DNA of 64,000 nt from Hormiphora californensis (taxonomy: Eukaryota > Animalia > Ctenophora): contig CM035353.1 in assembly GCA_020137815.1 (NCBI GenBank), positions 8,122,001 to 8,186,000 of the forward strand. Direction: 5' to 3'. The position numbers and the translations under genes are program-made. Positions 50,801 to 58,832 of this stretch are shown piece after piece (position 1 is the first letter of the stretch; every line of letters starts with the position of its first letter). The notes under the pieces were generated by a model that was not told the DNA's origin, did no database searches, and saw only the letters and a program-made list of their open reading frames with translations.

Positions 50801-53663
50801 CATGGTTCAGCAGGTGACGACATGCTACTACCAACTGAAATTAATGTGTCAGATTCAACTGTCATTCTGTGGATTTGAAGACTGCGAGTAAGCGGGTTAA
50901 ATAGGATCCCCCTTGTTACCCTTGCTCATTAGAAAATGTTACCCCTTGTTACCTCTCTTCGGAGATGTGGTGTCTCATTAGGACAGTAACGGAAACAATC
51001 CAATAACCCCTTGATAAACTTATCATAATCCCTCTCTATTATCTCACGGAACGGCCTGAAAGGAGAAAGGAGTAACAGATGGGGTATCATGGTAGTTCGG
51101 GGCCTGGCAAGGCCCCCCGACCCGAATCTAACCCAAACTCAACCCATCCCCCCTAAAACATCCCCCCTAAAACTAAAACAACGGGGCCGAGCCGACAGGC
51201 CCTTAATACCAGATGAAAAAAAACCATAAACCGCAAACCATAAAACCATAAAACCATAGATATTTTTAGAGTGAAAGTTTTGAAGCCCCCTGAAGTAGTA
51301 GAGAGGTGTTCTATGGCTCGTTGGAAAGGTCTCGAGGTCCCGCGACGTATAGGGGGTGCGGCGATGGCCGTACCCAAACCCATAAGGGGTAGGACGCGAA
51401 AAACAGTCAAAATAAGGGGTATGCAGATCTCGGCAACTAGAAGGAGTAGAAAGGTGTTCTAGGGTGCGTTCGAAAGCTCTCGAGGTATTGAAGTAATTGG
51501 AATGTAATTGGAAGTAATTACATGTAATTAAAATGTAATTACATGTAATTAAAGGGTAATTACATGTAATTAAAAGGTTTAAATGACCCCAAATGACAAT
51601 TTAAACATATTTTGACACATTTGGAGGCCCTGAGACCAGCGGGTGGCCAAATTTAATACGGTTTCGGGTCGGCTGACGTAAAAACTCCGCGTTTTGGTCG
51701 AGGTATATAAAAAATAGTTAACTGGTCGTTGCTGTTGAGACTTGAGAATGAGCTGAGGGGGAGCTGAGGGGCGGTAACTACTGACGAGTAGATTTGGAAG
51801 GCAGGGTGCAGGTAGGTAGTACTCACGCAAACTTGGTAAGAAATGCCAAGAAAGTAATAGTCTTGATGTGGACTGTCATAAAGTCAACATAGGATTCCCT
51901 TATAAAATGGTCGCTGTTCCTAAGGGAGACGATTGGGGGTTAGCTCAGATAGGAAAACCGTACGAGATTAAAACATGAACATGACACTACAAATGTATCA
52001 AACTAACATGACGTATGAATTGAACATGTTATACACCAAACGAACATGATAGACATGTCTGATGTCCTAGCTCCTACAACAAACTAACATGTCCCACACT
52101 AACATGTCCCGCACTAACATGTCCCACACTAACATGTCCCAATTACTAACATGATTGAGTTATCTGGGTGGAGGGAGAGGGTGTTTAGCATGATATGTAT
52201 CAGTTTGGCAACCTCCTCTTCAATGACAGTAGGTAGAGCTTGGAAGAAGGCAACTACAGCTAATGGTAGCTCACATATCATCTTTAGGGACTGTGTCGCC
52301 TGGAGAGAAAGGGGTGGATGGAGTTAGTTTTTATGAGATAGGGTAGAGCAAGGTTAGTTTTAGCTACATGTCTTGTTCAGACCGTCTCGTGTTGAACTTT
52401 TCATGCTTTAAATTTTCGCTGCGTGGGAGAGTCTGATCAAGACAACTCCAGATTTAAAAACACCGAACAAACATGGTTTAGTACTTTTGGAATATACCTA
52501 CCTTGGGTATTGGTTTTCCCTCCCTTTCCATGGAGCTTGGCTCACTAAGGAGGAGGTGCCTCATAGTAACACGCAGGTTGGAGTAACAGGTCGCTATGAA
52601 CTGGACAAACCTCCGACTCTGAAATAACAGAACTTTGTTACATGGGGTGTGTTAGAACTGTGTTAAAATAGACAACTTTAACATGTTTAACATGTTTGAA
52701 CATAACATTCTGATTGGATAGCACCCCTCAGAATATAATACATAATATTACCTCTTCTGAAACCTCCTGGATGTCGGTAGGGTTGGAGGGTTTGAATGTC
52801 CGGTGTATGTCGTATATGATCCTCATACAAAGTAGGGCACATTCTTCATTGTCTATCTGTGGAGGGGATATATTATGTTAACATGTTAACATGATTTCTG
52901 TTGGGGGATATATGTTAACATGTTAGATCTAATACATTACCTCAATGAATCGGAACATGACAGTTTGGATCCTCCTGGCGTGTCTCTCAAGATCACTATT
53001 CCTGGGTAGACGGTGTATAATGTCCATCACTAACTTCCTTATCTGTGCCTTTAGACTCTCAAAGTAGATCGGTTCACCTGACTGCAGAAGGGAGAAAGGG
53101 GATTTAGATAGGTGTTCACTATAGTAAACCGAATTGGGGATTGTGCGAGATATATTTGCTTCTTCAGATTGTGGGAAAAGTACTACTTTTGTAATTTGTA
53201 TATATAATGAGGTCAACAACAGTTTTCAGTCGCTTCATGAAATGGTAGTCACCCTGATATGAATATTGTTTCAACAAGTTGTTACCTCTAGGAAATGTAG
53301 AAACTCGTTGAGAAGGTGAGATAGGAACTCTGCATAGTGAGTGTTCTGAACGATAAACTCCAGGTGCTCACTCAGCTCCTGGCTTGCTTTAAACCTGCTT
53401 GCATCATCTGAAAATAAACACAGACTTACTGAAAACTGTGAAAATGTTTGTAACTTTCTGCAAATAACAAATCCTAATTCCAACCACAATTGCAATTCTG
53501 AATCTTATAGTGTACCTCGCTCAGGATCAGCAATAAGGGTGACATATTGTTTGAACTTCCTGAAGTATTGAAGGTCTGTATCGATGGTCTCGACGGGGGA
53601 CGGAACTGCCACAACCGGTGCCGCACCCGGCGGCTCCGTCTTGATCTCAGGGGGTCCTGGCAT
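1..53663 (-). CDS. TRRAP: TRRAP/Tra1 (PIKK pseudokinase scaffold of SAGA/NuA4); multi-exon gene, 3' end outside the window
   Basis: ATG at 53663 ([12 protein letters not shown]...[16 protein letters not shown]). Dozens of short GT-AG exons encode recognisable TRRAP segments: [123 protein letters not shown], and the FAT region [20 protein letters not shown] and [15 protein letters not shown]. Span includes introns. Confidence 0.93.
2041..2105. repeat. (AG)n microsatellite in TRRAP intron
   Basis: Run of gagaga repeats. Confidence 0.9.
6432..7195. mobile_element. Non-autonomous DNA-transposon/MITE-like insertion in TRRAP intron (TTAA-type end)
   Basis: Non-coding block flanked by repeated ggggttaattagtta. 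Right end ...gcgtacccTTAA; internal ~60-bp inverted repeat 6442-6641. Left terminus not clearly defined. Confidence 0.45.
8522..8563. repeat. Perfect 42-bp palindrome
   Basis: gtgatgatcaccaagttggac|gtccaacttggtgatcatcac. Confidence 0.95.
8836..9142 (+). repeat. 5' LTR
   Basis: Starts TGTTACA, ends TATAACA; I found no difference from 29470-29776 on manual comparison. Confidence 0.97.
9145..9157 (+). promoter_or_regulatory. Primer-binding site (TGGAGCCTGATAC)
   Basis: TGG 2 nt after the LTR end; complementary to a tRNA ending ...ATCAGGC-U-CCA (tRNA-Thr-like acceptor; identity inferred). Confidence 0.75.
9224..10477 (+). CDS. gag: Gag (capsid-like region, RS-rich repeats, CCHC zinc knuckle)
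   Basis: 417-aa ORF; MHR-like [14 protein letters not shown]; [11 protein letters not shown] repeats; [14 protein letters not shown]. Confidence 0.95.
   Translation: MTITKDEFFNNFETLVKTDPNLMNEFTSKYSTPSRASRPDLATALNNLSLGNPLKKYEKGDDFVTFCKRFTEHVHLTQMDPSRQLPTFMQHIGDDSLYNQLYSIPLTAEQTLNSESFITEFKQAVYGDDSFYLKNILLDCSQKPSESIRDYADRLRQKATAACPKDPYLADEMCLLAFIRGIADTRIKLSLNRKPFKSFSAAVKSAKNEERAFKVCNPNEASSSFDPSPILKQNEVTFNDGKPDPSSSRHHRSPTPYPSSRDHSRDRSSSRDRYPRYRDSSRDRYPRYRDSSRDRYPRYRDSTRNRYSRPQSRERHRNRFSYSSRNQDSRRSRRDYSPSPYRDRSRESKSRDKSPHYRSNNSSNNSYRNRSSSRNRSSSRDRDQTQRDSYKSQNKPFKCYECNEPGHFARDCPNKNF
10468..10474 (+). promoter_or_regulatory. -1 ribosomal frameshift slippery heptamer A_AAU_UUU
   Basis: X XXY YYZ in gag frame immediately before the gag TAA; the -1 frame is open from here into pol ([35 protein letters not shown]...). 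Confidence 0.85.
10558..15450 (+). CDS. pol: Pol polyprotein: aspartic protease, RT, RNase H, integrase with GPY/F, long disordered C-tail
   Basis: [10 protein letters not shown]; WRFVVDAR..N; YIDDIL; [14 protein letters not shown]; HHCC (YHNT..CHMG..CVTC); D,D,E (QIDH, HDQGSGF, GRVES); GPYF..KWTGP. Uninterrupted; the true start is at the frameshift ~10470. Confidence 0.97.
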   Translation: MNRPNSSEILINGYCSSHPVNFLIDTGAAVSLVATRLVYLLRKSCDINPTNKLISGISNKIVPMRGEILLNFRIGRNHYTKTFLVSDQIDTDFLLGMDVLSTMDMNIIPNKNVVKINGKTHPYRFKPTPLPTEARIRLSRTSTINPNTATSIVGTIYLPKHHHNKSYEGIVEPFDNISRKSNVLITGTLSYSNRNTLNIHVINPTNSPQTLYKNQLIGFFKPVYHAGVENLKSIKRVTKPEDWYNSSIDIPRLPDAPTIEESILKGKWNKPSELIEQLGIDKLSHVPEIYREDLKDLIVEYSHVFSKGRFDLGCASFYESQLHLKNGYTPKWIPSRQPAYKVKPYLDKEIENLCQSGQISPCQYSLWNSAVFMVPKSDSSWRFVVDARAVNKECIQDNYELPRINTMFDNLTETEVLSSLDFVSSFTQIPLEKQSRPITAFTYAGKRYQFNRMVMGQTSSSAEFSRCMSILFGKIPFKALLIYIDDILVCSNTYPEHLKRLRFVFDRLTFGNLKLSPKKTNLFQKEVKFLGHTISKHGISVDPHKIKAIRNLHPPTSMKQVQKFLGMLNYHRNFIKNFASKASPLYELTGKPKTFVWTSRCQESFETLKKALTNAPILGVPNLNDPKCTFTLTLDASKTGLGAVLSQYDPFIKKERIISYYSRKVPIHLQKWGATRLEFLALHSAILHWRIYLQANHFRVLSDCKALLSLDTIFSKDNAYMQRRIADLSGYKFTVEHVSGKSERIQIPDYLSRYSFGIQEKSASTQTESNFPVNHIKKPSTLYTSTSEYISESLAEEELSNADSIPYTSEFLESQADKEIPTTSQINKIMNILDHPQLLGEPITPKEIKAQYDNDALLSEIKKWIISEEIPNIKPSQSNKETWFYYRNIDFLRVRNDILEIKIFPNKDPKNSRFVTVLPHTLIHQALYLYHNTIESCHMGVQKTYDQISKHFFFYKMKEEIKLYVNACVTCQRTKPTSKYLKAPLRPQVYHHFNQCIQIDHLEPSKKPTPRGHVALLTIVDMYSSYIVCVPVRSTSAQHTTQVLIKHWFCKFGLPSKITHDQGSGFESYLFKETCKSFGIQNVRSTPWKSSTQGRVESCHKRINACFRAILNNQNFHKYDLYIDWIIFTLNCHKSSRTGFSPNFLVFGQEAQTPRDFFIPDPIETQPSDTKTYQSSAYESYTHARDIARQVSSCLDQQYRYTANQYDKNAHGPYFEKGDMCMLLVNAPNHKYSHKWTGPHVIVKKFNDHNYVVNYHGVDKVVSITKLKHYPNSNKYSLHNPLIQPNSKVPNSAQIPQHPYNDDLAQDVFISNSPSRSGTSGNPRDGNVEIISPNSNNNIDPNESTCSHTLPNNDIPESIPNMPESIDLVDESGDLDSSVPDRSEPTEHLPPCSDLPQSSGVPHEHYNETAEYLDINPEEDTSRIITEPNNDPSNISESPPKTINNPCPDLPQSSGVPDDHADKADDHTNTDPEPDNDPANIPETITETINPDPVKTPENPKTSEPHEEDTPGDFHTPTQSPRQRSLSTGSLPNTPQVVVQSKRPRPIPTRPNLRKNPKQTQLFQSSRTEKPKSSDSEKPKVATKSATSKDQKRAPESKAASKKIPRPIPETTETSSISLRNRDIPRAKPK
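16177..17190 (+). CDS. env: Env-like class I fusion glycoprotein, N-terminal part (interrupted by hAT)
   Basis: Signal peptide [18 protein letters not shown]; furin-type RQSR followed by hydrophobic [16 protein letters not shown]; heptad-like helix; [11 protein letters not shown]. Confidence 0.85.
18465..25531 (+). CDS. Multi-exon hATm-like DDE transposase
   Basis: Exons with GT-AG borders encode [12 protein letters not shown] (~21415-21450), VVCVLHTNE (CxxH, ~22160), [18 protein letters not shown] (RW motif, ~22845), [10 protein letters not shown] and PCHSQATE (~25390). Full exon chain and intactness not fully resolved. Confidence 0.8.
18681..18761. repeat. 81-bp near-perfect palindrome (40-bp arms, 1-nt spacer) in first transposase intron
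   Basis: gtcactgttaagaggtctgagatttgccgtgagtgtgaca c tgtcacactcacggcaaatctcagacctcttaacagtgac. Confidence 0.95.
21519..21836. mobile_element. Fold-back MITE-like element in transposase intron
   Basis: Nested inverted repeats: ttgcacctcc..cccggg / ccccggg..ggaggtgcaa and aaaagctctcaaaagtcaagaacatgc / gcatgttcttgacttttgagagctttt. Confidence 0.65.
21855..22015 (+). mobile_element. 5'-truncated 3' end of an L2-like LINE (or L2-dependent SINE)
   Basis: Colinear similarity to LINE 3' UTR 34845-35024 (gtgagccggtg...gttcagat.atccttcagtgacag...ctgtcggatatggg...ttattattat). Confidence 0.75.
23320..24632. repeat. ~72-bp minisatellite (~15-16 copies, 23431-24560) bracketed by ~48-bp inverted repeats
   Basis: Unit aaaacatctcaccttccctttccagccctatcgccaattgctaccccctttcccgtgctgtaaaccttctat; flanks gagtggacagaatcagaattg..gtttgttggag..gtag / ctac..ctccaacaaac..caattctgattctgtccactc. 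Confidence 0.9.
26288..27058 (+). CDS. env: Env-like glycoprotein, C-terminal part (Cys-rich, TM anchor, cytoplasmic tail)
   Basis: In frame with 16177-17190 once the hAT and one TSD are removed (NDRA|[18 protein letters not shown]...CLQPDSIEC); [26 protein letters not shown]; tail with CCKC. Confidence 0.88.
   Translation, partial: YDIDTLSCKQHNSLHICPTYSILNTTSCLQPDSIECQHRISTCPFMCTYELLPQGILFRDNMGNQAYSIDEIGIIKPIPTPISKTAFLKWNNIKAAQVCRTHIESPYFDSDPISLNNYRFPHNYQLTSSQITEQITSLCNRVNKTAEQLLLPLLESLDKPVPAPRIIPTWLLIISITFLSLVIIATTFIIIFLARHHKLSLHHVRESLNFCCKCFKRQEQHDPSIPLRTIPKNPIYDTPHIYPCLRPPSQTNSNLV
27123..27170. repeat. 10-bp tandem repeat (accctactcc)n between env and ORF4
   Basis: aaccctactccaccctactctaccctactccaccctactccaccctag. 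Confidence 0.8.
27321..29199 (+). CDS. Accessory ORF4 of the LTR element, unknown function (536 aa, plus 89 aa beyond a 1-nt shift in a T8 run at 28922-28929)
   Basis: Long ORF with good ATG context, inside the LTRs, with the same C/A-rich composition as gag/pol. Coiled-coil [39 protein letters not shown] 28828-29199 continues in the +1 frame. Confidence 0.8.
29457..29468 (+). promoter_or_regulatory. Polypurine tract
   Basis: aaaagaagga immediately 5' of the 3' LTR. Confidence 0.75.
29470..29776 (+). repeat. 3' LTR
   Basis: Direct repeat of 8836-9142. Confidence 0.97.
29777..29950. repeat. (AG)n microsatellite, integration target of the LTR element
   Basis: ~170 bp AG repeat on the right; a few AG units (8825-8835) on the left. 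Confidence 0.92.
30404..31692 (+). pseudogene. LINE ORF1 (gag-like, three Cys/His zinc knuckles), split over three frames
   Basis: Pieces 30404-, 30594-, 31171-; [43 protein letters not shown]. Confidence 0.8.
31647..34615 (+). pseudogene. LINE ORF2 (APE endonuclease + RT), frameshift just after YADDSQLY
   Basis: TLNVHS, VQETYL, MGDFN, TLDLL, SDHF; [34 protein letters not shown]; then [22 protein letters not shown] in the next frame (33776-34615). Confidence 0.92.
35142..36053 (+). CDS. Nested antisense gene: secreted protein with a ~140-aa beta-rich domain plus a Sushi/CCP domain
   Basis: Exons 35142-35196 (signal peptide [18 protein letters not shown]), 35310-35726 ([22 protein letters not shown]..), 35794-35979 ([34 protein letters not shown]); phase-1 GT-AG introns; 3' end uncertain. 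Confidence 0.8.
39840..41120 (+). other. Intronic insertion with a decayed ORF (40362-40844), probably transposon-derived
   Basis: ~1.3 kb block enlarging one TRRAP intron; short ORF with coiled-coil and S/T/E-rich segment; no recognisable domain or termini. Confidence 0.35.
41366..41612. repeat. G-rich degenerate tandem repeat (gagggaattagggagtagggga)n
   Basis: ~22-23-bp units in a TRRAP intron. Confidence 0.8.
44898..48262 (-). repeat. Downstream copy of duplicated TRRAP multi-exon block
   Basis: Colinear with 48680-52720; continues into the rest of TRRAP (..[19 protein letters not shown]). Confidence 0.9.
48680..52720 (-). repeat. Upstream copy of duplicated TRRAP multi-exon block, last exon truncated
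   Basis: Same exons as 44898-48262 with scattered substitutions and intron indels; ends mid-exon (..MGQGGGEP|IS*). Confidence 0.9.
51090..51712. mobile_element. ~620-bp insertion present in only one copy of the duplication (non-autonomous element)
   Basis: Absent from the paralogous intron 47220-47365; internal gtaattacat repeats. Confidence 0.55.
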
Positions 53664-53944
53664 ACTACATCCTAATTAGACAGTTAGGTTAGTTCAGGGG
53701 GTACCGGGTATAAGTAGTTAAAGTTCAAACAGGCATCAGGCTTTTTAGGGAAGTATTTAGTTATTTACAAAGTCAAATAATAAATTATGAAACCAGCCAG
53801 TTTTAAAACAATTCAACATTTCTCTTGGTAAGACGCTCTCTGTCTTGCTCCACCCTCTCTCCCCACACCCCGCCTACACCAACAAGATATATAATGAGCA
53901 GTAAATATATAAGTAAACAACATGAGACATATCTCTCAGTGAGA

Positions 53945-54836
53945 TCAGTGAGTATCACGCATAGTCAACTCAACAAATCTCCTCATGGCAGTAGAGTCCC
54001 CTTTCTCAACCAACCTAGCCAAGTCCCGGTACTCCTCTGGGAGTAGTTTTCCCATGAGTTTCCCAATAATCACATAATCAGGAACTTGGACATCCTCCTC
54101 TTGTTTTCTATCCCTGATAAACTTCACTATCTTCTTAACGACATCCCCTACTACCTGTTTCTGATCAGTAGGAGGTCGGAGATCCTGAACCAGTCTTTCA
54201 GGTAGTTCACATACCGTGTAATCAGGCCAAAGTTTGAGGATATCCTGTTGTATCGAACGGCCCATTTTTTGGTACTGGGGAATGAATGTAAGGAAGGAAG
54301 TTTAGTTTAGCCTTCTCGCTTTACAAATTGAGTAGACGGGTTTTATTGTAGAAGAATGCGATCTACATGATAATTTACTCCTAAACTCTTCACTTACCAT
54401 AGCAAAACTTCTATTTATGACGGTCATCTTTTTAGTGATCCCATCATACTCTTTCTTGGATAAGAAAGATGAAGGGACAGGGAGGAAGTTGTCTTCGCAA
54501 TACATTCTCAGGGTAGTGTGACCATCACATTCCTCAGCTCCACATGATATAGCCCTCCCTTGATATCGGTATAGATCATGGTAGGTTATCTTTACCTGAA
54601 ATACATTGTAACAGTTATCTAGTCAATATTTCACTGCCAAGTTTCAACTCTGGGAGTAATGGATCTGTCGACTGTAGAGGGTCGGGTAATTCAGCACAGT
54701 AACGGTATTTCGAGAGAGGACTACATTTGTTAGCTGTAACTTAGAAGAATGTATGGTAGTTAGTAACCTGGAATGGCCTGGTAGCAGGAAACTTAGATTT
54801 TTTTTTATTCTTCACAGTCTTCCTTTTCCCGGTCAT
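53945..54836 (-). CDS. Orphan gene A, 3 exons, ~198 aa
   Basis: Exons 54836-54768, 54595-54398, 54274-53945 join in frame through phase-0 GT-AG introns; paralogous to gene B. Confidence 0.75.
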
Positions 54837-55002
54837 TGGCTACAATGATTAAAATATTTGGAGGGGGATTTGTAATAACTATATTTGTATTTAGGGTAGC
54901 TACATATAGGGCTATAAAAGGAGAGAGGGCCGGGAGTTTAGTTAAGTTTAAGGTAACACATAGCTAAGAGAGGTGAGGACACATTTGGTGACTTGGGCTG
55001 GA

Positions 55003-55222
55003 GTCCATTTTTTTCAACTGTTCACCCCCCCCCCCTTTTACACACGTCTCACATTATGGCAAAAAACCACGTATGACGGGGAAGAGCACAATTTTGTGAG
55101 CCCGTAAAATTTTGGTTTGACGAATTTAGTTGAGAAACAAAGGCGTGAGAGCCAAAACAAGTTTTCTAAACGCAAATAAAAATAGTGCGTATGCAGGGGG
55201 GTGAACAGTTGAAAAAAAGGAC
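55003..55222. mobile_element. MITE-like element with ~27-bp terminal inverted repeats
   Basis: gtcc.tttttttcaactgttcacccccc / ggggggtgaacagttgaaaaaaaggac. Confidence 0.6.
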
Positions 55223-55574
55223 TTTTTTAGGGGGTGCGGATCTGAGTAAACACACAGTTTAAATTAATTAAAAATAATTGATTAATTGATTTGAATACAG
55301 GTATAAAATTAGGTTTAACATAATTTAAAATATAATGCATTGAGTTGATGAAAATAAGTTTAAAAAGGTGGTGGATATAATAAGTTAATAAAAATATTGT
55401 CGGTTATACAATCGACACTGATTATCTAGGTATTAATTGAAAGAATTGTCTCTCATCATAAATTATTAAATTAATGATTGTTAAAAAATATTGAACGTTG
55501 GCCGTTGGGGTACGAAGTCCACAAACAGGGGACACCAGGGTTTCACCGGCAGAGTTGGCAGACTTTATCCTGAG

Positions 55575-57635
55575 TCAGGTACTAGTTGATTGGTCACATG
55601 ACTGTTTTCCCTCGCACTTGCTACACCCTGTGTTATAGCCTGACAAGGGACTTGTACTACGACTTATGACATAACGCCTTGATTCATATCCATCCTCCCA
55701 TGGCTTAGTGTGATTCACCTTTAGTTTCTTAGGTTTAGAAGTTTCCGAGATCACTCTGTTTCCTTTCCTCTTTGAGCCAGGGACCCAGTTTTCCTTGTCT
55801 GGCCCATTCCCTGCTTTTTCAATCATCGCCCTGCGTTTTTCGTATGATGCAAACTCAACCCGTAGAAGACTTTTGACGTAAAATGAGATGTCCGATGCTT
55901 CATTTCCAAAGTAACCGTCCGCATTCCATTCAGTCCCTCCTACACTATCTGGTTCATGACCCATTTCCTTGTCAATTACCCAAATAGGCTGGATGTCGTC
56001 ATTCAGGTTTCCAGTGGTTTCGAACGCCTCCCTTATGTCCTCATCACTCATTTTCTCAGAGGTACGGCAGCGATCAGGGAACTTTGGTGTTAAGTATGGT
56101 CCAGAGCAACAGTCTTCAGTGTAATCGTGATCCACCATCGGTTGAAGGTAAATCTCGACACAACCACCAGTCTTTTCAGCGGCTAACAACGCCGCTTTAC
56201 CTATAACTGCGTCTTTACCCTTGAGGGCAGCTACCTGAGCCGAGGTCAGCGGTTCTTCAGCAGAGTCTTCATAGTTTGGGAAGACCTGTTCGTTAGTGTA
56301 GAGATGAAAACACGGGAACGCAAGAAAGGTTAGACGTTGTTTTAATTTTGGCTCTCCACCTCTTTTCTTCTCCCATTCACGAGTTATATCAATGACTAGG
56401 GGATTGATAGGTAAGAAGGACTCGTCATTACAGAATTCCACAAACTTCGCGGCTAAGGAAGCAGCCTGCTCTGAAGAGGTTGGGCGTTTTGGAACAATCA
56501 TACTGTTCAGATCCTCTGAAGCAAGCTCCTGCACAAGTTTCTCCTTGACTCGCAAGAGAAATGCAACTGTGATGCGTATCCCTTCCTCTACCTTTAATAC
56601 CTCGTGGTCAATGTCACAGAAAAATGCGGCAATACGAAGCTCTGTTGGGTCAGGTAGTTGCCAATTAAACCTTTTCCTGTCCCAAGAACAGCTTGGAACA
56701 GCTTTGTGACCTTCCAAGACAACCTTCTTCTTTAAACCCTCTCCAACAGAGATCTCCAAGGCCCCACCCTCGTAATATGCTCCAGGCAGCTGAACAAGGA
56801 GAGTACCGATCATGTCACTACCTCGAGGGGTATCTTTGTGTTTCTTGAAGTGGCCTCCCTTCCCGTACATGTTTAGACTGTATTGCTCAGCAACCAGGTC
56901 AAATCTCTCAGTGTCAATTCCAAGATTTTTCTGGACTTTACTCAGGATTCCTGATGATGCTAAAGCATCGCCCAGATTCACTGGGTTTGTATTCTCGCTG
57001 GTATTGAGTTTGACCATGACTTCAAACCGTTCAGCTGGAAGCTGCAGTGCATCACGGACTTCGGTATCGTACTTCGTCTGAAATAGCAAAAGTTGTTAGA
57101 GTCTACCATAGTCTAGAAGCACAGAAAATTGAATTCTAAAAGCTAGACTCAACGCCAGACAGTTTTAGTCTAACATTGTTAGACTTCTCACCCCCCTTCT
57201 CACCTCACTTCCAAGACCGAAAGCTGCCTGTGGCATAGCCTCTCGAAGTGGAGCAAATCGATCCAGCTGTTCGACAAGTGCTGCTTCACGTTCATTCACC
57301 CAGCTTGGTTTCTCTGGTTCCCTGTTAAAATAACTCCGAGATTTTGATTTCCCTTTCTGCTTTGGCTTGTCCTTAACTTCCTGTTTCTTAACTTCTTTCG
57401 CAATATTATCCTTATTGGGAGCTAACATAAGAGTAGTACCCAAGGGAACGATCTCGTCATCACTTTCTGCAGAACTTGGAGGGAGCTTGAGAAGGAGTTT
57501 GGGTGCCTCACGGAGCTTTAAACATGCAGTAGTTGCAAACTCACAAGATAACTCAGACAGGATCACCTCTAGCTCCTTACCCTTATCCTCAGCATACTGG
57601 ATACTGGTAACTAGGTTGGGATCATCAGACTTCAT
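55575..57635 (-). CDS. 2OG-Fe(II) dioxygenase-domain protein, 2 exons, ~644 aa
   Basis: Exons 57635-57204 and 57077-55575 (phase 0). AFGLGSE|TKYDTEVRDA; YSLNMYGKGGHFKKHKDTPRG..MIGTLLVQLP..EGGAL (HxD); FFCDIDHEVLKVEEGIRITVAF (distal H, R); YFGNEAS. Confidence 0.88.
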
Positions 57636-57809
57636 CTTAGTACATGGACTGAGAACGAATTGGGTGTTACTACGTGACTGGGGAGGTATATATGGAAATG
57701 AAAGAGTGACACGGTTTTCCGATTTGGCAAAAATTGGAAAATAGACTTGTGTGAAACAAATCTAAATAAAAGCTTATTAGAACGGATGAGTTATATACGA
57801 TTACTACTG

Positions 57810-58531
57810 TCAACTTTTACTATGTTTAGCCATGTCTTGGAATTCCTCCGGGTGGAGTTTCACCATGACCTTTGACAAAAGTTCACTATCATCCACCACA
57901 ATACCCTCTTTCAAGTTCATAATAGCTGCTGCTATCCTCTCAACACAATCCTCTACTCTTCTCTTTTTTTGTCTGGCACTGAGATCTTCATATGGTTTCC
58001 TGGTTTCTTTGTTGATATTCAGGCCAAGGTCTTGTAGCCCCCTCCTTCCAGGCAACTCGACAACTGTAAAGTCTTGCATAGTCTCCAGGATCTGTGGACG
58101 TGTTGGATCTTGTTCGTCACGTTCCATTAATGAATACTGAAAGGGAAACAGTTGTCAACCACCAATAGTTCCACCAATTAACATTATTATATACAACATC
58201 AACTGACCGCTTCGTGGATTCTCCTGTAGATCTTATCACGCTCCTCTTGAATGAAAGTGATCTCGGGTCCTGGTAGGAAGTTATCATCGCAATACATCTG
58301 CAGGATGACTGGGCCACTGGTGCAACTTCCTGGCCCTGTGGTCTTCATAGCACGCTGTCTATTCCAGTATAGGTCGTGGTAACTTATCTTGAACTGAAAA
58401 TATGATGTTCTAACAAAGCAAATGAAACACCTTCTTCTATTAAAATTGAATTGACGTCCACTCTTGATTCTTTCACTCTTTCGCTGTATTTTCTTTGGGT
58501 TAGAACATTTCATCTCGATTACCGCTAACAT
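57810..58531 (-). CDS. Orphan gene B, paralog of gene A
   Basis: Exons 58393-58208 and 58136-57810 in frame; 5' exon(s) uncertain (possible exon ~58585-58758). Confidence 0.65.
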
Positions 58532-58832
58532 TTATCAGCCTTATTGTAAAAAATACAGCAATAACAATATATGGTATATCAAAACCTCGATATGTTGAGT
58601 GCAAGTATCCGATTTCCCAGCCTCGATTTTAACTGATTTCCCAAGGGCTTCTGACGGACCAGGCTCTGTTTCAATCTTTCGCTTTTCTGCAACGTTTATA
58701 ACAGGAGGAGTCTCGTTAGGCCTTGAATAGCTTTTTACCGGTTGATTGAATTTGAATCCTAGAAAGTAAAAATTTTGAGTACTCTGACAGTTTGACGGTT
58801 TTCACTATTATAAGTTGCATTAAGCAAATAAT

